DNA of 59,417 nucleotides, counting the filler, from Sphacelaria rigidula (taxonomy: Eukaryota), in assembly GCA_964200075.2 (NCBI GenBank). It is 10 parts of 10 records of this genome, joined end to end, with 100 filler letters (N's around TTAATTAATTAA, not from the genome) between each part and the next. Parts side by side here need not be neighbours in the genome. Positions count along the whole stretch, not along the records: positions 47,616 to 53,466 come from CAXNAA020023976.1; positions 53,567 to 59,417 come from CAXNAA020023977.1; 8 more parts are not named here. One strand, 5' to 3'. Within the stretch, counting starts at the first letter, position 1, and each line of letters starts with the position of its first letter. The position numbers and the translations under genes are program-made. Below the pieces are notes generated by a model. It saw nothing but the letters and a program-made list of their open reading frames with translations. It had not been told where the DNA came from and ran no database searches. Shown piece by piece: positions 50,293 to 59,417 of the stretch.

Positions 50293-50896
50293 AAAATAAT
50301 ACATGTGCATGTTTTTCATGTGTCACTAGAAATGTAGCAGCAGTGAAGCACAACGGAATGCTTGGGAGTGGCATACATTTGGCACAACGGGGCATTGTAT
50401 TTCGGGGCAGAGAACTGCGCCATTCGGGATGTGTGCTCGAGAGTGCGGTGGATACACACAAGGGGGCGCTTCACTCTGCCGTGCTCAACGCTATTACAAT
50501 CCCGTCGTGTTGTATTCAACAGTATGGTTGATATGGTTGACGCTGACGGGTTCGTGTCCCAGACGGAGCGGTTGCGGATAATAATTCCGACGCTTCATTT
50601 GATGTACTTGATTCTAAGTACCAAAAAAAAGGCTTTACTCGACACTTGGTTGAACATCGGGGCGGAGAGACATATAACTGTAACGCTTATATCATATGGG
50701 ACGCTTTATTTTTGTACCCGATGAAAGAACCGAAAAAGGCTTCACTCGACACTCGGTTAAACGCCGGGACGGAGAGACATTACGCTAATAATCTATAGGA
50801 TAGGATATACATTTCATGCTCATTTCATTCACCTACCGTGTTTTCTTAGCGTGAACGCGAACAACACTTCAGAGCAGCGTGCATACCATCACATAC

Positions 50897-51134
50897 CCGA
50901 ATCGGAATCGTCAGCCTGGGCCTCCGCATCAGAATCCGAACCGTCACTATCATCATCTTCATCAGATGAAGAAGAAAGCTCCGAAATTTCTCCGCGGGAC
51001 AATCTCGTGAGATAGGCTTGTCGAGATTCCTGAACATCCGCGTTCGGGTCGTCCTCATCACCACTCCCGTCTTCCCGGCCGTCCTCTCCCAAAATTTCGT
51101 CATCCTCCACTTCGTCTTCATCGTCATCGCCATC
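50897..51134 (-). CDS. ESF1: ESF1 exon (acidic region with LSRGE..SSSSDED motif)
   Basis: CAG acceptor and GTATGT donor; phases 0 and 1 fit the neighbouring exons. AYLTRLSRGEISELSSSSDEDD resembles ESF1 D.ARG.G...TSS.DED. Confidence 0.82.
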
Positions 51135-51519
51135 CTGATACAAGTGCAGTCGGTGAAAAATCAAGAAACAAAACTCTGTATCGTGAGCAATGAATGAGAC
51201 TATTAATAGCTGCGCAAACAGATACAATCCATCCAATAACTACTCTACTTTTCGTGTCTTAAAAGCTAACATAGTATTACTATACTGCACACCATGGACA
51301 AAAGATTCGGTTGTCATCAAATGTACTGCGTACAGTATGGAATCTATCGGACGTTGCAATAGGCGCAAGAGTCGATACTGTACGCAGTAAACTTTTTGGC
51401 TGTGTATTATATTGTCATCATCTCGAGTGTGCTATACTGTACTGCAGTCCACTCACAGCCACGGGTGACACACTGCCTCATGGGTGTCTCACCATATTAA
51501 CACCACGTAGTAGGGCGAG

Positions 51520-51685
51520 ATATTGTTTGTTTGTTTTTCACGTCGTAGTCTACGATGTCACTCTGTTCGACTTTTTTCTGTTCCTTGTTTTTCTTCAGCG
51601 AGTGTTTCAGTTGTGCTCTTCTAGGATACGTCCATCATGCGACCACGGCTGGACTCATGGGTGGTCAGTTAAATTGCGACGAACA
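51520..51685 (-). repeat. Retroposon-like repeat; inverted copy at 52540-52690
   Basis: TTCTTCAGCGAGTGTTTCAGT and ATCATGCGACCACGGCTG are reverse complements of the 52560-52630 sequence. Tails are (AAAC)n and (AAAT)n. Confidence 0.8.
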
Positions 51686-51965
51686 ACCAATCAATCAAAA
51701 GCATCGTTCACGCCGTGGCCCTCGCCGTCTTCATGGTCGTCGCCGTGTTCCTCACCAAAAAGACCGCAATGAGTTATCGATGAACATCGAAAACCTATCG
51801 GGACCATGTTCGTTCCAGAGCAATGCCACGGCCACGGTGCCTTTTGTTTTTTTCATGAGGCTCTTTGCTGTAGGAGCCCCTCGATGACAAGTATCTGGGC
51901 CTCAGTGTGTAGCTTCAAGAACATTTTGTACTGATACATACATACATACATGCGCACATACATAC

Positions 51966-52282
51966 CTCATCATCCTCGTCATCTTGATCATCATCACTCT
52001 CTGTTGAACCGCGTAATGCCCCCCTCCTTGCACCCTCGGATCTACTGCCCTCCATCTCCCCCTCCCCCACCTCCTCTGAATCTGTTTCGTGATTCTTTCC
52101 TCCTCGTTTCTTCGATCCGTTTCTTTTTCCGCCCCCGCCTTCGCGCAGAGCACCACCACCGTCATCGTCGTCGTCGTCGTCGTCACCGGCGTCGCTGCCC
52201 TCCACCTTGTAAAATGCTCGCAGTTGCTTTGCAGCCTGCTTTGACTTCTTGCTCACCTTCCGCCCGTACTTGTCCACATTCG
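51966..52282 (-). CDS. ESF1: ESF1 exon (N-terminal VDKYGR motif); gene is 5'-partial
   Basis: NVDKYGRKVSKKSKQAAKQLRAFYKVE (compare VDK.GR........L..FY). CAG acceptor and GTATGT donor. Confidence 0.85.
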
Positions 52283-53818
52283 CTGTACCCATACATATAT
52301 ATATATATATTATACATACATAGACGGAAACATGTAAGGAAAAACAACCGCGCGGTGAAGGCGGGCGGGGAAGGAGAGGCCAGTAGCTCAGACATGACAT
52401 TTCGAACAGATGTTCTTGAGTTAAAGTAGGGGTGCTTTTGTTTGCTTGTTTGCTTGTTTGCTTGTTTGTTAGCTTGTATGAGTTTATATGTTTATATGTT
52501 TATGTGTTCATGTGTATGTATGTATGTATGTATGCACGGTCGTACTTCAACCAACCCCCCAGGGGTTCAGCCGTGGTCGCATGATAGACGTACCCCAAAA
52601 AAGCAAGACTGAAACACTCGCTGAAGAAAAAACAGGAACAAAACGACATAGTCAACCAAGACGTGAAAATAAATAAATAAATAATAATAATAACTAATGA
52701 ATCAACAAAGACAGAGAACAGAAAAAAATGGCCGACCTGAAACAATAAAAAAGACGAGAAGAGGAAAGAAATGTGTGTGTATGTATGTATGTACGTGCGT
52801 ACTCATGTACGTAGACATATTCCCGCGATCGAGGGGTGAAAAAGATGATAGCTCTTAGCAGCACTCAACTCCTCGATCGCGAGATACCAGTGATCTACCC
52901 GAGATTTGCCCAGGATCAACGATGAAAATTCATGCGAAATATCAAACGCTTCACTAAAACAGAGAGAAGCACGTGAGTCCGGGGCGACCTCTCCCCAAGA
53001 TCAACAGCTGTCTCCTACGTGTGAAAACCATCAGCTCAATTGAAAAGGAGCACGTGACCTCTGGCCGAGATGTGCCCGACATATCCCCGACATCAATCAC
53101 TGAGATTTGTATATGTGAAAAAAACACCCGTTCTTTGTTTTTTTTATTTAGTTTGCAAGATACTCTTCAACCCCTCGGTCTCTTCGGGGCGAGTCCGTGG
53201 TCTCGAAGGGATCGATCCATCTCTCCCCAGTTCGCGCCTTTCGTTTTGGTGTCGGGGATAGGAGGTGTTAGCCTCCCGCATAGCATCGACGTCCGTTCGT
53301 AAAAACAAAAAACTTGGCCCGTTTTGACTGACGATGGCAAAAACGATGGGCGGCCCGGCCTGTACGGGTGTTGAATGTAGGTCGACCAGCCTCCGCCATA
53401 ATTGTTCCGAAATGAGCCCTTGTCTTCACGGGGGGGGGGGTGTACTCATCATCATGTATGCCATAGNNNNNNNNNNNNNNNNNNNNNNNNNNNNNNNNNN
53501 NNNNNNNNNNTTAATTAATTAANNNNNNNNNNNNNNNNNNNNNNNNNNNNNNNNNNNNNNNNNNNNCTGCGTGTGACCTTTCCGACTACTTTGCCAGTAC
53601 GTGTATGTATTGAAATGTCAATATATATGTTGAGTCGAAGCGATGCGTAACATATTGTTGCCACAATATATATTGAACGCAAACCATGCAAAAGTATTGC
53701 TTTTTCCATTACACTTTGCGCACGCTCATCGCATAGCTTTTGTGCAGCCAATATATATTGAACACGCTCGCGGAGGAATATGTTCAGCGTTTTCGGCATG
53801 TGGTGATACATCTTTAAA

Positions 53819-54173
53819 TGTGTGTTGTCGTCCCATTTATTCTGGACGCCGGTCCACACCTTTCAGTATAGTAGGTGGGCGCACCAGCCGGAGTTACACA
53901 GGAGGAAGGTCATCACTGGAGCTTTTTTTTATTTGTTTTTCGTCCCCCACCTTCCTTCTGCGGTGCTTGCCTTTATTTTTCATCGCGAGAGGGGTTCGGC
54001 ACTCCCTTTCCCTCGTCGATCGTTAAGTCGGATTTTGTGTACCCACGACATAGTCGCTCTCGACTGTTGGGCATGTTGTGAGAAAAAATCCCAAATCGCT
54101 CCGAGAGCTGAACCGACGACCCAACCGTCAGAAGGTTTCCAGGTTTCCACAACTGAGCCACCGGGGCGACCGG
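53819..54173 (-). mobile_element. Full-length tRNA-derived SINE
   Basis: Colinear with 49380-49744. Confidence 0.85.
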
Positions 54174-54637
54174 ATTGAATGGCGCCTGCGAACATACAAG
54201 TGCCCGCCATACTGATTCCAATACAATTTCCAATCTACAGGTTGAAAATCAATATGGTACATATATAAAATATTTTGAACTCACGAAGCATACGTTGTAG
54301 CGAGGCGCCCACGAGATTGGTGCTGATTTTAATGTACAAGCTCCTCCGCACCCGCCCCGGGAGATGACTGCTTGGGCCAATGGCAATGGTAGGGATCTGG
54401 TACGGGGGTTGGTGCTACATTTTATGCGGGGGTACACATGCGTTCGCGACCGTTCGAACGGACGTGGGATCGCGGTGGTCCTGCAATGATTCTGGGGGGC
54501 GTCACGTAGATTTGCTCGGTCTGGGTTACCGGAGTTTCAACTTTGATATAGTTCCTCCGGAATTATCAGAATGTTTTCCCCTGTGTGGAAAGACAGGACG
54601 CATGAACATCAAGCTCGGGGGAAAACCTCGTGTGGGA

Positions 54638-54906
54638 CAAAGACGTCATCGTGTCGAACTGTCAGGTTGAACGGCGGTGATGGGACGGTGGGGGGTATGC
54701 AGACATTTTGCCCGAGGTAGTTCGTTCATTGCTTATCTCATATTAGCTGACTGCAAGAATCCACGGGCTGGCTTGTTGCAATCAGCTAATGTGAGATAAT
54801 CAATCGATGAATCAATGTGGATGGTAACCTCGGGCAAACTGCCCGTATACCCCCCACCGTCCCATTACGCCGTTCAACCTGACAGTTCGACACTATGGCG
54901 TCTTTG
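54638..54906. mobile_element. Foldback element / long hairpin
   Basis: CAAAGACGTCATCGTGTCGAACTGTCAGGTTGAACGGCG pairs with CGCCGTTCAACCTGACAGTTCGACACTATGGCGTCTTTG, and pairing continues to a small central loop. Confidence 0.85.
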
Positions 54907-56199
54907 ATGCTTCTCGCCCGCCCCTCAGCACTGCCTGCCCTATATCGTTCATTAGTGTTGAATTTTCGTGTGCGCAATTGGGGTTGCCGAGATAAACTGT
55001 TGAATAATCTTTGCATCAGAGGTGGGGGAGGGGATTGTTCCGCTGCGATGGCAACTGCTCATGTTATCGGATTCTCTCAGCAATCGCGTTTGCTGATGTA
55101 CACGTTTAATAATATTTTCCGTCATCGGGGGAGATACTGTTTCGCTGCGGTGTCAACTGCCCCTGGGAAAACCGTAATTTTTCACCTGCGCGGTTACCTC
55201 TGTTCATCAATGCTTGAGCGGTTCCGAAAAGACAGAAGACGCACACTGCTAACAATCACACTAAATGTAGTACGAAAGACACGGACTGGACCCGTACCAT
55301 TGGCGTAGGCCCGAACAGTCATTCTCCGGGGCGGGCGCCGAGGAACTTTCACATTAATTTCAGCATAAATATCGTGGACGCCTCGTAGTATAATAATTGC
55401 TTCGCGCATGTAATCTATGTTGTGACATTTTTGACGTGCAAGACGTCGGTATGGGTTCGAACGGTATGCCGGCTACATTTTTTTTGCTCGTGGTGCGTGA
55501 ACAGAACACTGTTACGTCACACCGGGAGTCGAGTTCGAGTCCTGGGTCGGGTATTTCTCCCCCTGCTGGTGGTGCCGTATAAGAACAGAGTATTTCTACA
55601 CCTAGGGTCGATTTTGTTTTCCACTGCAATCTTCGCACTTTCTCTCATCATTCATTCTCGCGGTCCTATTCTTCATCGTCTCGCGAATTTTGTTCTCATC
55701 ATCATGTCATCCATTCCCACTTCCATCAACCAACATCGTCTTCTCTGTAAACGAACACAATAACCTCGAAGGCATCGGTTCGAGCAGAGAGAATGATACG
55801 ACATATCAACCGGCCCCCTCTTTCTCAGTCGCGCTGCGATATTTTCCCTATGCACCTTTCCTCATCGTTCCACCCGCAATCCAGTACCCTTCCTCGTCTT
55901 ATTTCTTCCGTATACAACATGAAATTGTAACCGAGAATCATTTTCTCACGAGAGCTTGGCACGGCAAGAATACCGCGACCCTCCAACAAGACGGGCGGAA
56001 CCGGGGCGCTCTACTGTCTTAGATATCCGCTTTTGCTCGTCGTTCATACCCGCAATCCTGGTGTAGTTTACATATGTTTTCGTTTTATGTGCAAGACGGA
56101 CATTTCGACAGAGGATCTATTCTCACGAGGAATTGTCAAGGCAAGAATACCGAGACCGTCGAAAAAGACGGACGGGACCGGGGCGGCTTGTATTGCTAC

Positions 56200-56640
56200 A
56201 CCAATATGTATTATGACCGCCCGTCCCCTCGTGTATTGTCCGCCCAGTATATATTGGACACTATCACGCACGACATATTGGGGCGACCATATATTTTGGC
56301 ACTTCGGGTGTTGAGTATATTGAATCGTCAATATATATTGACCTCGTGTGGCAGCCAGTATATTACTCGATAAATATATATTGGCGCCTACCGCACCAAC
56401 ATATTACTCGGCCAAAACATATTGAGGTGGCGCGTGTCGTAATATATTGATCGGTCGATATATTTTGCATGTCACGAGCCTTGACATATTGATGGTCAAT
56501 ATAGATTGACCCTCTGGTGCCATCATATTGCTGGCCCAATATATATATATATATATATGTATTGATCACCCGACGCGTCGACATATTGAGCGACCAATAT
56601 ATATTACATACTCCACAGTTTCGTATTGTCCAGGGTGTGG
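56200..56640. repeat. Array of CAATATATATTG-like palindromes, probable DNA-transposon subterminal region
   Basis: More than ten ATATATTG/CAATATAT motifs ending in TCCAGGGTGTGG. A similar array lies at 53610-53785. Confidence 0.6.
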
Positions 56641-57062
56641 ATTCATATTGTCAAAAGCTATGGCCCCATTTTTTTCTTTCCTTTTCCTGCGAGCGCCTTC
56701 TCATAAATTTCCAATCAAACTATGGTGTCATCAGCAACTTCGATGGGGATATATGATCTGCACCCGGTAACCGACTCTACTCATGGAACAGAGGAAGTGC
56801 ATGCACAAGACGTGAAATTAATTGCTCGTAATATGATGATGATACTCGAAAGTGTAGTATAATTATACCGTTTCTACTAAAATACTACTAATATTTTTCA
56901 TGATGGTTTATTAATATGATTATTCGTCATTTGATACATATGGTCCGATCATGGATCAACATATCTAGCCGCCCCTTTCTATTGACGTCAAATTTTGAAA
57001 TCCAAGCACGTTTGAACATATCTTGAAAAGTATTTTTTTCCCATCCACCCCCCCCACCCCCC

Positions 57063-57870
57063 AGTGGCACAATGTGAATTGTACAAGAAGGAACGGGACG
57101 TGTGAGAGAGAGACACACGGGGGGTAAACGAAGGTGGCACGAAATTGTTCGATCCACTAGAAAGTAGCGAGAAAATCATCGCTATACTAGGAAGTAGATG
57201 GTGGCCACAGACGGCTAAGCAGGAAAGGAGATGAGATATGTAATTTTTTTTGTGATGAATGGAAAAAACGTACTAAGGCCAGATGTTATGGCGAAACAAA
57301 ATTGGCGCACGGATTGTTCACTTTTGGGACGCTTGAGCCACTTTTTGACCCCCAAACAGGGAAAAGCACCAACACAACTTCTTCGACACTTTGCATCATC
57401 CCACCGAGAGGAGCCTAGTCTGCTTCTCAGATTCGCTTGGCTCTGAGGTTTCGAGATTGGCCGCTGAACAAAAATTTGTGTGCAAAGTTCTGTGCTTGCC
57501 GACCCCCCCAGGTTTGCTCAATAATCTGTGGAATTCGCCGCAGATGTTATTGCACACGGATTATTGTTCAGCGACCTATCTCGAAACCTTGGAGCCAAGC
57601 GAATCTGAAAAGCAGACTAGGCTCCTCTCTGTGGGGTAATGCAAAGTGTCCAACACGTGTGCTGGCGATTTTCCCTGTTTGGGAGCCAAAAAGTGGCTCA
57701 TACGTCCCAAAAGTGAACAATCCGTGAGCCAAAAATCTGTGAGCCATAAGATTCGGCCTCAACGCCCAATTTTTGAAGGTGTCTCCATTAGGAGTAGGGA
57801 CGGTGCTCCGTATCGAACGGAGTGCGTGGTCAATGGTCAAACGACTAAAGCAAGCAACAAATGAGCACGC
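57063..57870 (+). mobile_element. 5'-truncated LINE copy interrupted by a MITE
   Basis: 57063-57276 plus 57759-57870 align colinearly with 31040-31350. C-rich tracts flank both sides. Confidence 0.85.
57277..57758. mobile_element. Tourist/PIF-Harbinger-like foldback MITE (482 bp)
   Basis: Inverted arms of about 210 bp beginning GGCC. Flanks are TAA and TCA. It splits the LINE copy precisely. Confidence 0.85.
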
Positions 57871-58250
57871 ACCCCCCCACACCCCACCCCCCCACCGCCC
57901 CCCGCCCCCACGCCCCTTCNNNNNNNNNNCCAGCTAAAGGGGTCGAGGCCCACTTGGCCCACACCCAAAACAAAAAAACAAACCCCACCCCCCCCCCCCC
58001 CCCCCCCCGCGCGCGCGCGCGCGCGCGTTTATCTGTTCCTCCGTAACGAAGCTCGTACGCGGTAGTATCGCCGGGTCCAGTCTTTATGGTGTACCGGGGA
58101 AAGGAGGACGATCCTGATCAACCCTTGTGGACGTTGCCCGATCGGCGGACAATCGGGACACAGGTGGGTGCCGCATCCTCATCATCAGATGACAACTTCT
58201 GCTATTGTATACGAGCTGGGCTAGCCTAGAGGCGGATTTGAAATTTATAT

Positions 58251-58509
58251 GCGTTTGCTCCCCCCCAATATTTAGAGTTGGAGCATGAAATTTGGTACGA
58301 ACAATGCATGGGGCATTCAAAAAGAAATTACCTCGGTACCGAAAGGTTTTTCATTTTTCTTTCATGCGTTAAGGGCAATAATCAGTAAAATGCCCCTAAC
58401 TCATGAAAATAAAGAACCTTTTGGTACCGAGGTAATTTTTTTTAATGCCCCATGCATTGTTCATACCAAATTTTACGCTCCAACTCTAAATATTGGGGGG
58501 ATCAAACGC
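58251..58509. mobile_element. Foldback MITE / long hairpin
   Basis: GCGTTTG.TCCCCCCAATATTTAGAGTTGGAGC...TTACCTCGGTACC arms are near-perfectly inverted over about 120 bp. Confidence 0.85.
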
Positions 58510-59417
58510 CTTTCAAGAAACCGGGTCGGGAGAAATTCGGAACAGTATTTCGAAGGCCACTAACCGGTCCACGTTTGGTTTTCGTGTATTGAAAGTTGTG
58601 TGGGTGCTCTCTAAGGTATAATCAACAGAGCAAAGTGCGTCAGTTTTTTTAATTATTTTTTTCACTGGTTTAGGGCGTTCTACTCCGGTAAAGACCATTT
58701 CTTCACGAGAACGCCCTAATCCCTACGAAAAAAATAAAACATGAAGGCTCATTTTTTTTTCATCTATTCAGCACACTTTTGTGTCTCTCCATGCTAACTT
58801 TCAAATCACAATTCTAAAAATTGAGCTAAACATTGAGATGAGGCCTCAGAGCAACGTTCGTTTCTCCTCAAAACTCCACTAAAAACACGAAAAAAATGAA
58901 AAAATGAGATGAAAAAGTGTAGCAAGCTGCTTTTACTTTTTTCTATTATGTACTAGCGGTTCACCACACGAAATCGTATGAAACAACTCTCAAACACTGA
59001 GACGTGATATCCAGATTTAGGGCATCTAGTGCCTCTGCTCGTAATATGTTGATTTTAGTATAGAAAATTACGTGCGCCATATCTCGAGATAGGTAACGAA
59101 TTAGGTGAAGGTGAGGGTATCTATCGTCTCCCCTTGCTCCAGAGAATGTCCACACCAAAGTTCGTCGTCATCCGCTGAAAGCATCGATCGAGGATTTCAC
59201 AGAGATTTTAGACTGGACGCCATCTCCGTTAGGTATAGGAATTACTAGACATGGGGTTATAATCAACGAGAAAATATGGACCCAAACTTTTGAGCAGATG
59301 GGCACCTTCCCCTTAGTTGGACGACTAATACGATATGCGGATCACGGCCCAACTCGTCTGTGTCGACGAGATATTGCTTTTAGAGCTTAAATCCGTTTTA
59401 GGATGGTCCAGTTCGTA

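Noticed and set aside
50620..50790. Short diverged tandem duplications (also 18385-18447, 20440-20610)
   Set aside because: Two-copy local duplications in non-coding DNA with no further structure.
6161..52282. Functional linkage of the BRAP, Sey1-like, C2orf69-like and ESF1 genes
   Set aside because: Each gene lies on a different, artificially joined contig.

Overview
Eukaryotic nuclear DNA, most likely from a brown alga (Phaeophyceae). This is inferred from GT-AG intron-rich genes, long low-complexity protein inserts and the style of the repeats; no database was searched. The window is not contiguous: ten small contigs (7 x 5852 bp, then 3 x 5851 bp) are joined by artificial 100-bp spacers (N44-TTAATTAATTAA-N44), so neighbourhood across spacers means nothing. 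Five partial spliced genes are recognisable: (1) a BRAP2/IMP-type RING + ZnF-UBP ubiquitin ligase (6161-~11435, +); (2) the 3' end of a Cys-module and Ser/Gly-repeat protein, probably extracellular (21719-23565, -); (3) the first exon of a divergent RHD3/Sey1-like P-loop protein with an N-terminal hydrophobic segment (34195-34701, +); (4) a C2orf69/UPF0565-like hydrolase (44438-47005, -); (5) ESF1 (48376-52282, -). The rest is mostly transposon debris: a decayed LINE with many 3'-end fragments, Gypsy gag/protease and Copia RT relics, tRNA-derived SINEs, Helitron-like ends, many MITEs/foldbacks, and microsatellites. No CRISPR array, rRNA gene, intact tRNA gene or operon-like system was found. 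The most novel-looking signal is a LINE family whose copies end in, and appear to insert into, poly(C) tracts. Motif comparisons to known proteins are from memory.
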